Assembly (NCBI GenBank): GCA_024137785.1
Contig: JAHRHZ010000012.1
Span: forward strand, 72,068,958 to 72,132,957
DNA length: 64,000 nt
Source: Ginglymostoma cirratum
Taxonomy: Eukaryota
Direction of reading: 5' to 3'
In this document: positions 25,063-39,554 of the stretch, piece by piece
How the letters are laid out: the number at the start of each line of letters is the position of its first letter
Position numbering within the stretch: position 1 is the first letter of the stretch
The notes under the pieces: generated by a model
What the model was told of the DNA's origin: nothing
What the model saw: only the letters and a program-made list of their open reading frames with translations
The model's database searches: none
Position numbers and translations under genes: made by a program

Positions 25063-26209
25063 GTGAGTACCGACTGGACAGGCCGGCCAGTAGCAATAAA
25101 CATGCGAAATCTCAGTTACTTGTTGTCGATAGAGCTGTTTTGAAATTAGCCGACTAACATCATCAGTGTTATTCATCTCTCACTGTGTTTATTACCAAGC
25201 TGAAGATGAACCGTTATATCTAAACAGACCCGTCCGAGACAGCTCCTAATCGCACTCTCTCCAAGTCCTGTTTTTAAATCGAAAAACAGATACCGATAGC
25301 GAGAATCCCTTTAGGAATTTAATTCACAAACCGAATCCAACTTCTCCTTAGCAAAAACACGGTTCCGATTTATTTTAAAACCAAGTATTTGTCGCCTCCA
25401 GCAGTAAAGGTTCCCCCCACATACTCAATTGAACCTGCAAATATTCCGGCTCAAAAGAGAGACTGGTTGTGGACAATCTTTCAATCATTTTCACACCGAG
25501 CTCACGTTAGACTCGACTTAAGTTAATTTAGTTAACATAATAGTATATTTCTTCGCTGGTGTCTAAAAGAAGACCATTTCATACTAGAACGTAAAGAATC
25601 ACGATGCGTCTCGATAGCAATGGTGCTTATTTGGAAATGAATGTTTAAAGGTTGGAGATTACCGTCTGCCCATACCAGCCAGCTTTTAAAACGCATTTTA
25701 GGTTTTATGGTTACAGCGTCTACATAGAATAAGTTTTGTTACTCTCCACATACTCTTTATAGCCCCACCATCTCCCTATCCTGAGGATCTTTCTTACTCT
25801 TAGGGGACCAAAGTACTTGTTGCACTGAAACAAAAAAAAACTTCAAATCGTGTTTATTCTGCCTTTCGTTTCTGTTTGCCTCTTTCTGAATTATATCATG
25901 ATTCAAATGGTATCAACTACAGGGAGATCTCCGAAGCAGTCATCATTTCCCTTCCAGCGATAATAGTTTGGTTTATTTTGCTTTCCAAGTATTCAGCAAG
26001 TTTCCGGTGGAAGGAGAAGACGTTGTTGTTTGTTTGCATACTTACTGAAATTGAAAACTTTTCAAACTGACCTCCGAATCTGCGAAAAGGAATGATATCC
26101 TCTTACCCTCCTGAGAGAAAGATGGCTTTAACTGGCGCCACTTTCATCCCGGAATTGAATTCGAGTTCTCTTCTCACGGAGCTGACAGACCTCCGCTCGA
26201 TCAAAGTTT

Positions 26210-26980
26210 CCCCAACACCCTCTCCTTCAATTCCCCTCCCTCCATAACCCAACCTCTCTGCCTCTCCTCCCCACATATCCTTTCCTAACCCTCTCTCCCT
26301 CCAGACCTTCTCCCTTCATTCCCATTTTCTCCCACTCTACACCCTCTCTCCGCCTACCACCGTCTCCCACCCTCCCTCCAAACACCCCTCCCTCCATAAT
26401 CTGTCCCTTCATCACCCTCCCTCTTCCCTCCACAGTCTCCAACATCCAACTCCAATCCCTCGATTTTCTTTCCCTCCGGCCTCTTTCTCTCCAGCCTTTT
26501 TCGACACTTCTCCCCTCTCCACTCTGTTCTCCGCACTTTATTCGGGTCATAGTCTCTATCACCACACTGTGTCCCACTCTATCCTTCTTTACTTGGTCCA
26601 TAGACACTCCATCAATCCACAGTCTTTCCCTTCTCTCTTCCTCCACACATTTTACATCCATTCTCTCTTTTTGCACTCTTCCGCCCTTCACATTCTATCC
26701 ATTTACTCTATCTCCCTCCACTTTCTGCTATTCCATTCTCTGATTCAACGTCCTTTACTTCTACACTTAATTCATCTACATACTGTTTCACTAAGCTCAC
26801 CTAGTCCACACTTCCTCTGCACTCACGCCCTCCTCGCTGTCTCTCCACACTTTGACTTAATATTTTCTCCATCTTCTCTCCCCCCATAGTCTTCCATCAC
26901 CACCCTCATTAGTTTCCAACGCATTCTGTCCCTCCAGACTCCCTCAACTCCGCTCCTCTACACTCTCCCCCTCCATCCTG
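26210..26980. repeat. Long pyrimidine-rich (CT) low-complexity tract in intron 1
   Basis: The + strand is almost devoid of G over about 770 bp. Confidence 0.85.
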
Positions 26981-29050
26981 ACAAGTATCAGTTTGAGCCC
27001 CAGTAACACAGACCTAACTCTGGGTCAGCTGCGGTTTACAGCCAGGACTGTTCATGATTATTCCAGCGTTGCCGCCCCGGATACTGTATGCAAACAGGCT
27101 CCTTTCGATGTCGTCTTGTTGCACAAAATAAATGATTTAAAACATATCTGGTGAACATTTCTATTCAGTGAATAAGCTGGAATGATCGCAGGTGCCTTGG
27201 TGATTTTAATCTGTAATTTTAATATATTATTTAGTGATGAGAAATCCTTTAAAACCCATCTCTCAAGACGGTGTTGGGCCCAACAAGATTCGAGTTCAGT
27301 CGATTGTGGTCACTGGGGTTCAGAACTCCAAAGCAAATCCCTTGGTCCCGACTGTCACTTTTACCGCTGGATCAAAATCGATTCTTCAGAATTAGCTTAG
27401 AGTACAGATAGCCCTCTCATGTCAAATGCTGAAACTGCGCTTTTCACTTCCTCAGGTGCCGAGATCAGATTAATACTTATGAAGACATTTCACTGGTTAA
27501 CAACATTTATATTCGTGTGTTTTCTTTCCGGGCAAACATTTTTTTTTGCCAGTACTTAAATCAGTGAGGGACCCATCCGGAATTTGAGGTGACCACTAGA
27601 ATACCACGCATCACTTGCAAATGATTTAAACGACCGGTTGCACTGAACGAATATTCATGGACTAACGGCAAAAACCCTCATGCCACCACAGTTCACTGTT
27701 GTTTCCGATAAGCAAGCGTCAGCATAGAAAGCAGCTAGGCATTTTGGCACGGGGAACTCATTCAGTGACTAGTTACATTGTGAATTCACTCCTCCCATTT
27801 AATCTGCAGAGGAAACATTATCTCTGGCAGATCCCCAAAGGTAATCAAATAAACTCCAGAATATTCATTCATCGTTAGAGCTTTATCATTCAATCTGGTT
27901 TTGACAGCCCACAGACGGAATTCTCTCTTACCCTGCCCCAAAACAGTTCCATGAAAATTGTTCCGTTTATACCTGCACCTGTCCCATTTAAATGTTTTCT
28001 AGCACCTTCCTGAAAAAAAGCAGGATAAAAGTCTGATCTATCCTTTGAGTACCTGATATTCATCAACATTGCAATTAGGAAATCGTTTATTTTGAGTGTA
28101 AAGAGCTCAAGAGAAGATATTAATTTGGTTGAAATGAATCACTGGCCCACTACCTGACAGTGTAGAAAAAAATTCAAAGCTTTTGAAATTTATTTGACAG
28201 AAGAAATACTTTCATGGAGATAATTTTATAACTTTCCAATATTATTAATCTAACCTGTTGTAATTTAGATTTAAAATAGCATTATAAGTAGCATATAGTA
28301 GGATTCTGAAAAAAAAATGCCAAGGTATTATAAAGTTATATGTAACTGTGACAGAGTTTGGAACATATAAGAGCAGCAGAATATTTATTTGTGTAGAATT
28401 CAGGACTCTTTAAGTGTTTATGTTTACATATGGGGCCAAGAGGGATGTGCAAAAAGCTAAATGGAAATCAATACTACTCTGGGTTAAGATACTGTGCACA
28501 AAACTAGTCCCTGGCTTTGAGAAAAGAAACACTTACTGTACCTATGCATTGTTATAAATAGTATTTAGTAAGTGTAAATGTTGCACTGATTGATTGTGTC
28601 ACCTATCGAATAGGTGTTGAAACACTTCTTGAATGAAGTTCAACTAAAACTGCAGAATAATCAATGCTGCATGTGGTGTCCATGCTGAGTGTCTTGCAGA
28701 AAAGACAACATTTTGAATCAAAGAAGGCTGGGCAGTCAGATACAGCTACTGAGTGGGTGACTCTTAATCACAAGATAACTGGTGAAAAATATAAAACGGT
28801 TGAAATGTTTTAACATATAGTCAGCCAAATGAATTAGTGATTGGATAATAATTTCTAATTACATTAAACCACTGCCCTAAAGCAAAGAATTTTTACATCT
28901 ATCAAAATTTCCCTGTCAACATTTAAAATTTTGATAGATGTAATGTTGCTGCAATTAAGTAATAAGCCAAAGAGCAAATCAATATGCTGAAAGTGCACCA
29001 GGGTTGTCAAATTCCTGATTGTCCTGCAAATACCCAGCTCCAAAATTAGA

Positions 29051-29567
29051 GAGATAAAAGGTACTACAGATGCTGGAGAATCCGAGATAACAAGCATGGG
29101 GCTGGNNNNNNNNNNNNNNNNNNNNNNNNNNNNNNNNNNNNNNNNNNNNNNNNNNNNNNNNNNNNNNNNNNNNNNNNNNNNNNNNNNNNNNNNNNNNNNN
29201 NNNNNNNNNNNNNNNNNNNNNNNNNNNNNNNNNNNNNNNNNNNNNNNNNNNNNNNNNNNNNNNNNNNNNNNNNNNNNNNNNNNNNNNNNNNNNNNNNNNN
29301 NNNNNNNNNNNNNNNNNNNNNNNNNNNNNNNNNNNNNNNNNNNNNNNNNNNNNNNNNNNNNNNNNNNNNNNNNNNNNNNNNNNNNNNNNNNNNNNNNNNN
29401 NNNNNNNNNNNNNNNNNNNNNNNNNNNNNNNNNNNNNNNNNNNNNNNNNNNNNNNNNNNNNNNNNNNNNNNNNNNNNNNNNNNNNNNNNNNNNNNNNNNN
29501 NNNNNTTTCCTGCTCCTATGATGCTGCTTGACCTGCTGTGTTCATCCAGCCCCATGCGTGTTATCTC
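29051..29567. mobile_element. Fold-back Penelope-type element spanning an assembly gap, 15 bp TSD
   Basis: Arms on both sides of the N run are reverse complements. TSD ctccaaaattagaga at 29038-29052 and 29565-29579. Confidence 0.8.
29106..29505. other. Assembly gap (400 N)
   Basis: N run. Confidence 1.
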
Positions 29568-29617
29568 CAAAATTAGAGAACTGCATTAAAACAAACTACT
29601 GCAAGCTGAGAATTTAA

Positions 29618-29644
29618 ACACACACACACACACACACACACGCA
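29618..29644. repeat. (CA)n microsatellite
   Basis: Read directly from the sequence. Confidence 0.9.
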
Positions 29645-32600
29645 TTTTCCAAAGAATACCTGATCGATCTGTACCTTGGGGAAATTCATAATTTTTTGTA
29701 TTGTTGGATTCATCATTTTATCCTTAGTTCATGGTTTAAGTATCCAAATGTTCTATAATGTTTTTTCAATTGATAGCATTCCACGACCTTGAGCATCAAG
29801 GTTTAAATTATTAAAGAGGTATTATGCTACATTTTCTGATTTAGATTTGCTCAAGTTTCAGTCTAGGACATAAGGAGACAGGGAATTTATTCACTTTACA
29901 AATTGACTTGGGGAATGACCAGTGAAAATGAAAAAGTGCGAGTGACTGAACTTCAATACAAGGATGCATTTGTGCATTTGAAAGAGAATCAGAGAGATGC
30001 AGATGAAATGTCAAGGAAAGAAGCATGAAAGAGAATGTATACTCTTGTAAAGATGGGACAGGATGTGAGACATAATGTCATTGAATGAGAAAATGTCATC
30101 ATAAAGGACAGAGAAAAAAACAACAATGCAATTAATGAAGGAATAGAAACAAATATATTGACTGATACAGAAAATAACAGAATTTATGATAGAGGGCAAA
30201 AAATAGGCTGGATATCATATAGGAAAAAGTAAGATACTTGGATTAAGAAAAGAATATGATATAGTAAGAAAATCTGGAAGTGTGAAATAAAAATGTGTTT
30301 AAAACTGGTAGGTGTATTGTATGTTAAAAAATTACAAACAAGCTCTTGAAAGACATGGCTTAAATTGAAAGACGTTATCATATAAACAGCCATGAATTTC
30401 ATTAAGACAGATGCAGCGGTTGCACTGAATGTGCACCGCATACTCATGGAAAACTGCTCTGTGATATTACAGTACGTTGAGAAATGTCTTGTTTTGCTAA
30501 AGGCAAAGTGATGGAAGAGGAAAGGACAGTTGAAAAATGGTGAACTAAGCAGGATTGAAAGACAAGACTTAAATATTCAGACAGACATTCAGATGTTACA
30601 ATGAAGTAAAAACTAAAATAATCGAGGTAGCTTCAGCTCGATACAAGTAGAGTGGGAGAGATTACATAAACAGTTATATGGACAATGGTTCTGTGCAATG
30701 TAAACATTCAGGCAAGATTAAAAAGAATGATGCAGCAGTGCCAATGACAAAGAGGATAGGTGTAATTCTTAAAATATAATTGTTAACAAAATTATGACCA
30801 TTGCTGTCACTTGTTGGATTCAGCCAAGTAATTAACAAAAAAGAGATTTTGTAGAAGATTCTTCTCATTTATTATAACTCAAAGTGGTGACGTGTTGTGG
30901 GAGACTTATCTGTACCTTAACCATGCCACAGAGTAAAAAATGTTTTTGTACATAATATAGTCTTAACTAGTGGCAACAACAAGTCATGCAGGAAAAAGTG
31001 GGGGTGGGGGGGTGATGGTGAAATCAGCTGCAGTTTTATTCATGCGGGTAACACATGTAAATAGAACAATTGACTAAATAACTATTTGTCATGACTTGTG
31101 TCTGATAGTGTTTCCTATTTTACGGTGCTTGAGCTATAAACCAAAAGAGAGATTAATAACATTAGTTATATCCTTTTCTGACACAGAGAAGGAATTCCCC
31201 TTTTAGAGCACCTGATGAACCAGTCAAATTACAGTGTTTCCAATTACAAGATATTTTATAATTCAGTTGGGGCTTTTCAAAGCTTAACTGCTGTAGTCAG
31301 AAATTTTATTAATTTTGGTCAATATATTATTGCTGAAAGTACAATGAGGAGGAGAATTACAGTGGAGTTTAGTAACTCATCAGAAAAACATAAATGAAGG
31401 CAACCTATGTTGAGCTATTGAATGATAAGAAACACCTACTGCTACTTTCATGTCAAGATTTTCATTTAACCAAATTTAGAACAAAAGGAACATAACCAAA
31501 GGCATTGTGGAAAAGATAGAAATTTCCTGAAATACTTCTCTGGGGATGCCTATGGAATGAAATTAGCAGCACTTTGGCTGTAGACTACAGTGGTAATAAA
31601 CCTAAAGCTTGACTCAGAGGAACAGTGCTTACTGCATGAGTGTGAAATTGTAGTTTCCTGTGCTTTCTCAATGCATGAGCTTATCACTGACTATGAGAGT
31701 TCCATGACATTGGCTAAACCATTCCTCAGAACTGTGGAATTCACAGCACAAAGGAGGGTCATTTGACCCATCATACTTGTGCTGGTTCTTATGCAGTCAG
31801 TTAAAATTGAGTCTCCAAAAAACATTTGACGAAAAGAAATTTCAAATTTAATGTGTAGACAAGAATTGTTGTTCTACAGGTGAATTGAAAATAATTGAAT
31901 ATTTTTCCATTTGACATCTTAGGACATTTATTTTACTGGACACCAAATATTTTTGCTATTGTCATTAGAGTAAAAATAATGATTGAACCGCAAAGAAAAG
32001 GAGAATTGTCAAACTATACATAATACAGTTTTATGGAGTATGATATGAAAGTGCAGCTGGATCTCAGAAGATTAACACTCACCTTCTGAACATGGAACAT
32101 AATGTAAATTAATAATTTCTGAAAGCACGTTTATGGTTGTGTTTAAAAAATGAAAAGGAAACTTTATATGCCTTTTTATCTTCAGTTCAAGATAGCATAA
32201 CTACTGGTGTTTGACTTTGATGTTCGGCTCACAGATGAGAATTGTACACTCAGTCCTCTTTATCCACTGACTTGCCACCCATAAATCCACATTTTTGCGA
32301 AGTTGGCCCCAGACCCCATCTTTTTGCTTTCTTATTGACTTGTCTGTTCTGATCGTGTAGTTATTCATGGTACATAGCAGACTTACATAGGAGTAGTATC
32401 TTCAATTCTTGTTATCTGCGGCAAGTCCATGCCTCTATCCTCCAAAGATAATGACGATTTGGTGTACTTTTGTCTGACTCATTTCAAGGAGTTGCAACTG
32501 CAGAGCTTTATGTCTTCTTTGACATTTATACGGAGCTGTACACTCCTAAGAACCAATTATTACTGCTACAGGAGCACAGACGTGATTAAATTCTCTATTA

Positions 32601-33169
32601 ATATTTTTTAAATTCTTATAATATGCATGGAGGCTCTGTAGATCATCTAGGCACCTTTACAATATAGTGTTGTGCCAGACTGGAATGATGCTGGAGATGC
32701 TGTGAATCAGAAACCATGTGGAATGGTGTCTTGGATGGGGACACATTCAGACCTGACACTTGACTCTTGAGCGGTGCTTATTGTGTCCATATGCAGCTTC
32801 AGATCAAACCAAAAGAACAGTTTAGCTGTGACTAATGGCATCCAAATTTATATGTTGTGTTTTCAACTGAAAATATTAATTTTCAAGGAATGAAATATTA
32901 ATTCATCTTCAATGGTATTGATCACAATTAGTCAGGTAATACAATTTCTTATGGTAGTAGAATTGGTTTACTGTCTGATGCAAGGCATAGTGGATTGAAA
33001 AATGTATAAGCCAGTTCTTTCTATTCATGTTGCTAAGGTGCTTGATCATGACTGTGTGTTGAAAGCCACAAACTCCAATTGCAGTAATTGTTCAATTATA
33101 GGTTAATTACTGTTGCTGAGGGAAGTTTGCAGGTTGATAGATGCTTCTATTTCCCAGCTATGGGTTTTT

Positions 33170-33480
33170 CATATTGTCCCTACCTCTGAGGCAGGAGACC
33201 TAAGTTAAAGTCTCACCTGATCCAAAGGTGTGTAATAACAACTCTGAACAGGTTGATTAGAAAATGTCTATATTTTCCAGCTTCAGGTCGGCATAAAATT
33301 GCTGCTGTGCTAGGAGAGTAGCACAGCAAGACTTGCTGAACACGTAACCAAGAGACTGATGGATTGAAACTTTCCGGTAAGGCTTTTTTAGTGCAGTGGT
33401 AGTGCCCAGGTTCACGTCCCAGCTGTCCCAAAGGTATTTCATAACATGTCCAAACAGGTTGACTGAAACATTGTTTAAAA
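33170..33480 (+). mobile_element. Two short tRNA-headed SINE fragments
   Basis: gtgcagtggtagtg / ggttcacgtccc boxes, then ataacatgtccaaacaggttga. Same family as 41420-41530. Confidence 0.55.
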
Positions 33481-34844
33481 ACACTGTCCTCCAGTCTATC
33501 TTTTGAAATGTAATGGATTCAAAAATATATACACAAATAGATAAATGGACAGTCTCCATGAATCACACTAACTATTTTGACGAGAATGACATAGTCTTAA
33601 GTAGATTATGGTGAACATTATGTCTAATGATTGGTGAATGTCTCCAGTATGTTCACTACATTTGTAGCCGAGTAAATGGTTGAAGCTGTTGTCCAATTTT
33701 GTCTTTGTTTTTTGTTGTTACGTTAATGAATATAATGGATGGTCAGAAGCTACGAATTATGAAATATAAGAATGTTTGGTAAAGACTATATTGTTTACTT
33801 CTTACAGAATAGATTCTTCACTTCTTCCCAAAATCATGAGGAACTTGTATAATAGGTGGCGATAGTGACTTAATGTCGATGTGACTGTGACTGTGACTGT
33901 GACTTATTCAGTTTTGGCTGCCTTTATTCAACAGGGTGTGTAAGGAGCTGGCCAACTTGATGTATTTGTTGTAACAACTAGTCAGGTTGCTGTCAGGACG
34001 TTGCCAAAGGGAGAAGCCAAACCATTGAATTTAAATGGAAAAAAAAACTTGTGTGATTTATTCAACTTTATGTTTGATCGTGTCTGTGTTTGAGTTCAAT
34101 AGGCCTCAGACATTGCACTAGAGCTATTTATCAGCTGTCTCCTTCAAAGCAAGTGTTTGTTTGGAAGATTGAGGGTTGATGTTCAATATGGATAGTTTTC
34201 ATACTTAGGATGAAAAGAAAATAAACTATAATACAATGAAATTACTTATGGATATGCACACTAGTTTTCTATTAGTTCCTATTATAATGCCAGCTTAATT
34301 TAACAATTATTGTAAAATATAGACATGTTTTCCTGTTATCATTTGCTCATTCTCATGGTTAACTTGGAACTTAAAACCTAAGACGTGAAGTAAGATAATA
34401 CTATTCTTCCACATACAAGGCAGATCCCACTATTGGAAAGAAAAGCAGCAGAACTTAAATGAAACTGAATGATATTGCTCGCTACCAATGCAAGCTATAA
34501 ATTTTACTGTAATATGCAATAATAGGGAGAGCTGGGCCACACCTATGATGGTAGCCTGAAAGTGTGAAATCAGGTCTACGTAGGACAAAAAAGTAAAACC
34601 CATAAGTGTAACACAGCAATTCCTTAGTGCATCCATTCCCTGTAGAAGTAATACATTTGTCAAAAAAATACACAGCTAAAGGACTGAGGGCTCATTTTTG
34701 CTAAGGACTGTTCTTCTTAAGCTCATTTGATAGGTTTAATGTTTTTGGTTGCCAAGCAAGTGTTTGTGCAGAATTGAAAATATAAAGATCCTACAGGTTC
34801 AGATGAATAAAATGATTGACAGGCATGACAACAAAATTTAACTT

Positions 34845-37790
34845 TTTAAAATTTAATTTTGTGAGATGTGGGCATAGCTGGTTGGCCAGCATTTATTGCC
34901 CGTCCCTAGTTGCCCTTGAGAAGGTGGTGCTGAGCTGCCTTCTTGAACTACTGCAGTCCACCTGCTGTGGGTTGACCCACAATGCCATTAGGGAGGGAAT
35001 TCCAAGATTTTGACCAAGTGACAGTGAAGAAACGGTGATGTATTTCCAAGTCAGGATGATGAGTGGCTTGGACGGAAACTTGAAGGTGGTGGTGTTCCCA
35101 TATATATGCTGCCCTTGTCTATCTAGATGGAAATAGTCGTGGGTTTGGAAGGTGCTATCTGAGGATCTTTGGTGAATTTCTGCAGGGCATCTTGTAAATA
35201 GTACACACTGCTGCTACTGAGTGTCAATGATGGAGGGAGTGAATGCTTGTGGATACAGTGCCAGTCAAGTGGGGTGCTTTTTCCTGGATCATGTCAAGCT
35301 TCTTGACTGTTGTTGGGGCTGCAGTCATCCAGGCAGGTGGGGGGTATTCCATCATGCTCCTGACTTGTGCCTTGTAGATGGTGGACAGGCTTTCTGGAGT
35401 CAGGAGGTGAGTTACTCACCGTAGTATTCCTCACCGCCTCTGACCTGCTCTTGTAGCCACTGTGTTTATGTGGTAAGACCAGTTGAGTTTCTGATCAATG
35501 ATAACCCCCAGGATGTTGATAGTGGGGGATTCAGTGATGGTAACACCATTGAATGTCAAGGGATGGTGGCTAGATTTTCTCTTATTGGTGATGGTCATAG
35601 CCTGGCATTTGTGTGGCGTGAATGTTACTTGCTGCTTGTCAGCCCAAGTCTGGATACTGTCCAGATCTTGCTGCATTTGGACATGGACTGTGAATGGTGC
35701 TGAACATTATGCAATCATCAGCGAACATCCCTACTTCTGACCTGATGATGGAGGGAAGGTCATCGATGAAGCAGCTGAAGATAGTTCGGCCTAAGACATT
35801 ACCCTGAGGAACTCCTGCAGAGATTTCCTGGAGATGAGATGACTGACCTCCAACAACCACGATCATCTTCCTTTGTGTCAGGTATGACTGTAACCACTGG
35901 AGAATTTGCCCCCGAGACCCATTGATTCCAGTTTTGCTAGGGCTCCTTGATGCCACACTTGGTTGAAAACAGCCTTGATGTCAGGGGCTGTCACTCTCAC
36001 CTCACCTCCGGAATTCAGCTCTTTTGTCCATGTTTGAACCAGATCAGAACACAAACTGAGTGTAGGTGAGCAGGTCATTGCTAAGCAAGTGCTGTTTGAT
36101 CGCCCTGTTGATGACACTGTCCATCGTATTACTAATGCTAGAGAGTAAGCTGATGGGGTGGCAATTGGTTGAGTTGGATTTGGGTGGGAAGATTACAATG
36201 TTGTCAGGTAGGTGCCAGTATTGTAGCTTTATTGGAACAGCTTCGTTTAGGGCATGTTAAGTTTTGGAGGAAATACCTTGAGTACTATCTCTGGAATGTC
36301 TTCAGGGCCCATAGCCTTTGTAGCATTCAGTGCCCCAATTGTTTCTTGATATTATGTGAATTGAATTAGCTAAAGACCAGCACCTATGATGCTGCATACC
36401 TCTGGAGGACGCCAAGATAAATCATCCATTCAGCACTTTTGGCTGGAGATTGTCGTAAATACTTCAACTTTATCTTTTATCCTGAGTTGCTAGGCTCCAT
36501 TTTTGAGGATGGGGATATTGTGAAGGCCCCTCCCCCAGTGAGCTGTTTGGTTATCCACCATGTTTCATGACTGAATGTGACAGGGCTGCAGAGCTGAGAT
36601 CTGATCTGTTAGTTATGGGATCACTTAGCCTAGTCCATGACTTGCTGCCTATGCTGTTTGGCATGCTAATAGTCTGTGTTGTAGCTTCACCAAGTTTGAC
36701 ACCTCATTTTTAGATATGCCTGGTGCTTCCCCTGGCATGCCTTCGTGCACTCTTCATTGAGCCAGGGTTGATTCCCGGTCTGATGTTAATGGTTGTGTGG
36801 GTGAAATGTCAGTCTATGAAGTTACAGATTGTGTTGGAATACAATTTGGCTGCTGCTATTGATGGCTCAAAGCATGTCATGGATACCCAGTCTTGAGTGT
36901 GTTTGAAACCTACACCATTTAGCACAGTGGTAGTGTCACACAACATGATGGACGTTATCCTTAATGCAAAGATGGGACTTTAGCTCCACAAGTGCTGTAC
37001 AGTGATCACTCTTACCAATACTATCATAGATGGACAAAACTTTGGCAGGCAGATTGGTGAGGATGAGATCAAGTATGTCTTTCCCTCTAGTTGGTTTTGT
37101 CATCACATGCTGCAGACTCAGTCTAGCAGCTACGTCCTTTAGGATTCAAGCAGCTCGAGCAGTAGCATTGCTGCTGAACCATGCTTGGTGATGGATATTG
37201 AAGCCCTTGTTCAGAATACGTTCTGTGTCCTTGTCACCTTCTGTGCTTCCTCTAAGTGATGTTAACACAGTGGAGTACTTATTCATCAGCTGAGGGAGAA
37301 TGGTGTATGGTAATTAGTAGGAGATCTCCCTGCCCATGTTTGACCTGATGACATGAGATTTCATGGTGTCCAGAGTAAATGACTTCCAGGCTAACTCCCT
37401 CTCAACTATAAACTACTATGTTGCCACCTCTGGTGGGTTCGTCCTGCTGGTGGGACAGGAGGTACCTAGAGATGGTAATGATGGTTTCTGCGACATTGCC
37501 TGTAAGGTATGAATCTGTGAGTATGATTATGTCAGCATAGGGAGTAATCAAGTACATAGCTCTGTGTCTGGAGTAACATATAGGCGAGACAGGTAAGGAT
37601 GGTAAGTTTCCTTATGCCTGAAGGGCATTAATCAACCAGATTTTTTTTTTTTGACATTCCATGGTTCCGTGGTCATCATTAGAATTTTAATTCCAGATTT
37701 TTTAAAAGTTCAATTTCCACTCTGCTTTGGTCTAATCTGAACTCTGGTCCTTAGAGCCTTACCTGGATTTCTGGTAGAAATCATAATCAA
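34845..37790 (-). mobile_element. Near-full-length decayed non-LTR retrotransposon (CR1/L2 group, second family)
   Basis: ORF track: AGVPQGNVLG..FSCFIDDLPSIIRSEVGMFADD and DIKAVFNQVWHQG. Endonuclease-like region at 36500-37540. The 5' end matches the SINE family II head. Confidence 0.85.
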
Positions 37791-39554
37791 GACATAGACA
37801 TCCTCTGAAAATCACACTAAAAAAGCATTGTTTACTTTTTATTGTTTTAGCAAAAGTTTTACTCTTTTCTTTAAATGGCCTAATGCCAATGTGAATATAG
37901 GAGACAGAGAAATGGCATGCAAGTGCAAATGAATTATATACTTGACTGCTAATATCACACGGATTTCCAGGTTGATAGTGATTAAATGAATGCTAAAATA
38001 TCAATTATTGATCTCTTCTACAGCAAAGAAGACTGTTTGAATTCTATCTCACTGGTCTGCAAAGAGGCCAACCCAACAGGTGTTTGAACAGATAATGTCA
38101 CATATCTTTGGAAAGGTGCCTTAGCGATTTTGGGAGCACCTTAAGTAAAATCAGAGAAAATCAGTTTGTGGCAGATCTTCTGGTGGATATATTCATGGCT
38201 AAAGTGTTATTCATTATAATATGTTTGCATTGAATATGTGTCATTGGTTAGAATTGGTCTTCACAATTAATGACACAGTTCAGATTCCTTAGTTCAGTGA
38301 AAAATGGGAAAGAAAACATCCTTTTCGAGATGTCTAAAACAAAGTTAACCTTTAATTTATACCGCACACTAGTAATGATTAAATCCTGAGCAGAATCACC
38401 TACTTTTCCTGTTTATTTCAAGTAAGTTAATGTATTCACTAAAAAGAGAAAAAAAAGTTTCAGATGTCAACACAAAATGCTTATACATGATTATTTCAGA
38501 GTGCACTTTAAAGGCAATATTACTTTATGAACATAGTTCATGTTTCTTGTTTCAATGTGTACTACCTGCTTTTTATTAATCTATCTTAAATCAGCCGTTC
38601 AACTTGTCCAAATCCTTTCAATTTAGCTGATCCTTGTCACGTGATCACACAGTTTAACTTAATCAGTAAATTTTATAGTTCAAGATGGAGCCCGTTCCCC
38701 CTTATGATAAAATCATGAATTGGTTGCAACTCAAAAGGACGTCATTTGACTTTTTGTGAATATTTATGAATAGTGTGAACAGTTAGCGAAGTGAGGAATG
38801 TTAACACTAGAAGGTTACATACCTTGATAGATTATGAATATTAGTAAGCATTTTTAAGTAAGGCACAGGCCCTCTATTCTGACCAACAATGGTCCTTAAT
38901 TAACAATCTCTGAATAACATATCCTGCCCAGCAGTAGGATACATCATTTGTCTACTTTGCTTCAATAAGTAAGGCTTGCTGCTCCTGACAATTTCCTTAG
39001 GGATTCTGTAGTCTAGTTAGGGTGTTTCTGCTGATTTCCACTGAAGTGAAGGCGGCTGATTGGAAGAACCCGAAAAGACCTGTCACGTCTCTTTTAGTTT
39101 GAGAGTACCAATTGTATACATAACACATGGACATTTCAATGCTTCGAGAGGAAGATAACTTTGTGTGTCAGTCTAGGATAGGTTTAAAACCAGTTCCTAT
39201 AGTAATGGGCTACCCTCCTGTGACACCCGACATCCTGTTTGTTTTTTTATATAACAATCAATCAATGATATTTCAGACAGGGAAAGTTTATTCTGTTGGT
39301 CTGTAAAGGGGATTTTCTCTGATTCATGATTTCTGTCCTGGCTACTAAGTGACAGAATGGCTACCAGTGGATATGAAATAGCGTAGCACAAGGTAGACTG
39401 GAGATTCAAATTTCACCCTGACTTTTCTTGAGTTGTCTTTGTTTTCCTGTATTTCTCACTGACAGAGGTTGGGAATGGATGTGGCTGTTCAAGGTGTTCA
39501 AACGTACCCTTAAAACTCCTATTTCCTTTAAATAGACCATCGCTTCTTTCATAA

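Larger units (their letters stand above)
23780..25330 (+). promoter_or_regulatory. CpG-rich promoter/5' UTR region of the Trk gene
   Basis: CpG dinucleotides are abundant here while the rest of the window is CpG-depleted. The region is TE-free, has G-runs, and spans the first coding exon. Confidence 0.75.

Noticed and set aside
24730-25176. 148-aa antisense ORF over exon 1
   Set aside because: Shadow ORF of a GC-rich coding exon that crosses the splice site, with no recognisable domain.
26227-26889. Gly/Arg/Glu-rich and Leu/Ser/His-rich ORFs
   Set aside because: Products of the polypyrimidine tract.
29064-29570. Long ORFs across the N run
   Set aside because: Artefacts of translating Ns.
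30400-30560. Faint hAT transposase-like peptide KLLCDITVR*EMSCFAKGKVMEE
   Set aside because: Similarity to the DxxTRWNST motif is too weak to support by eye, and no TIRs were found.
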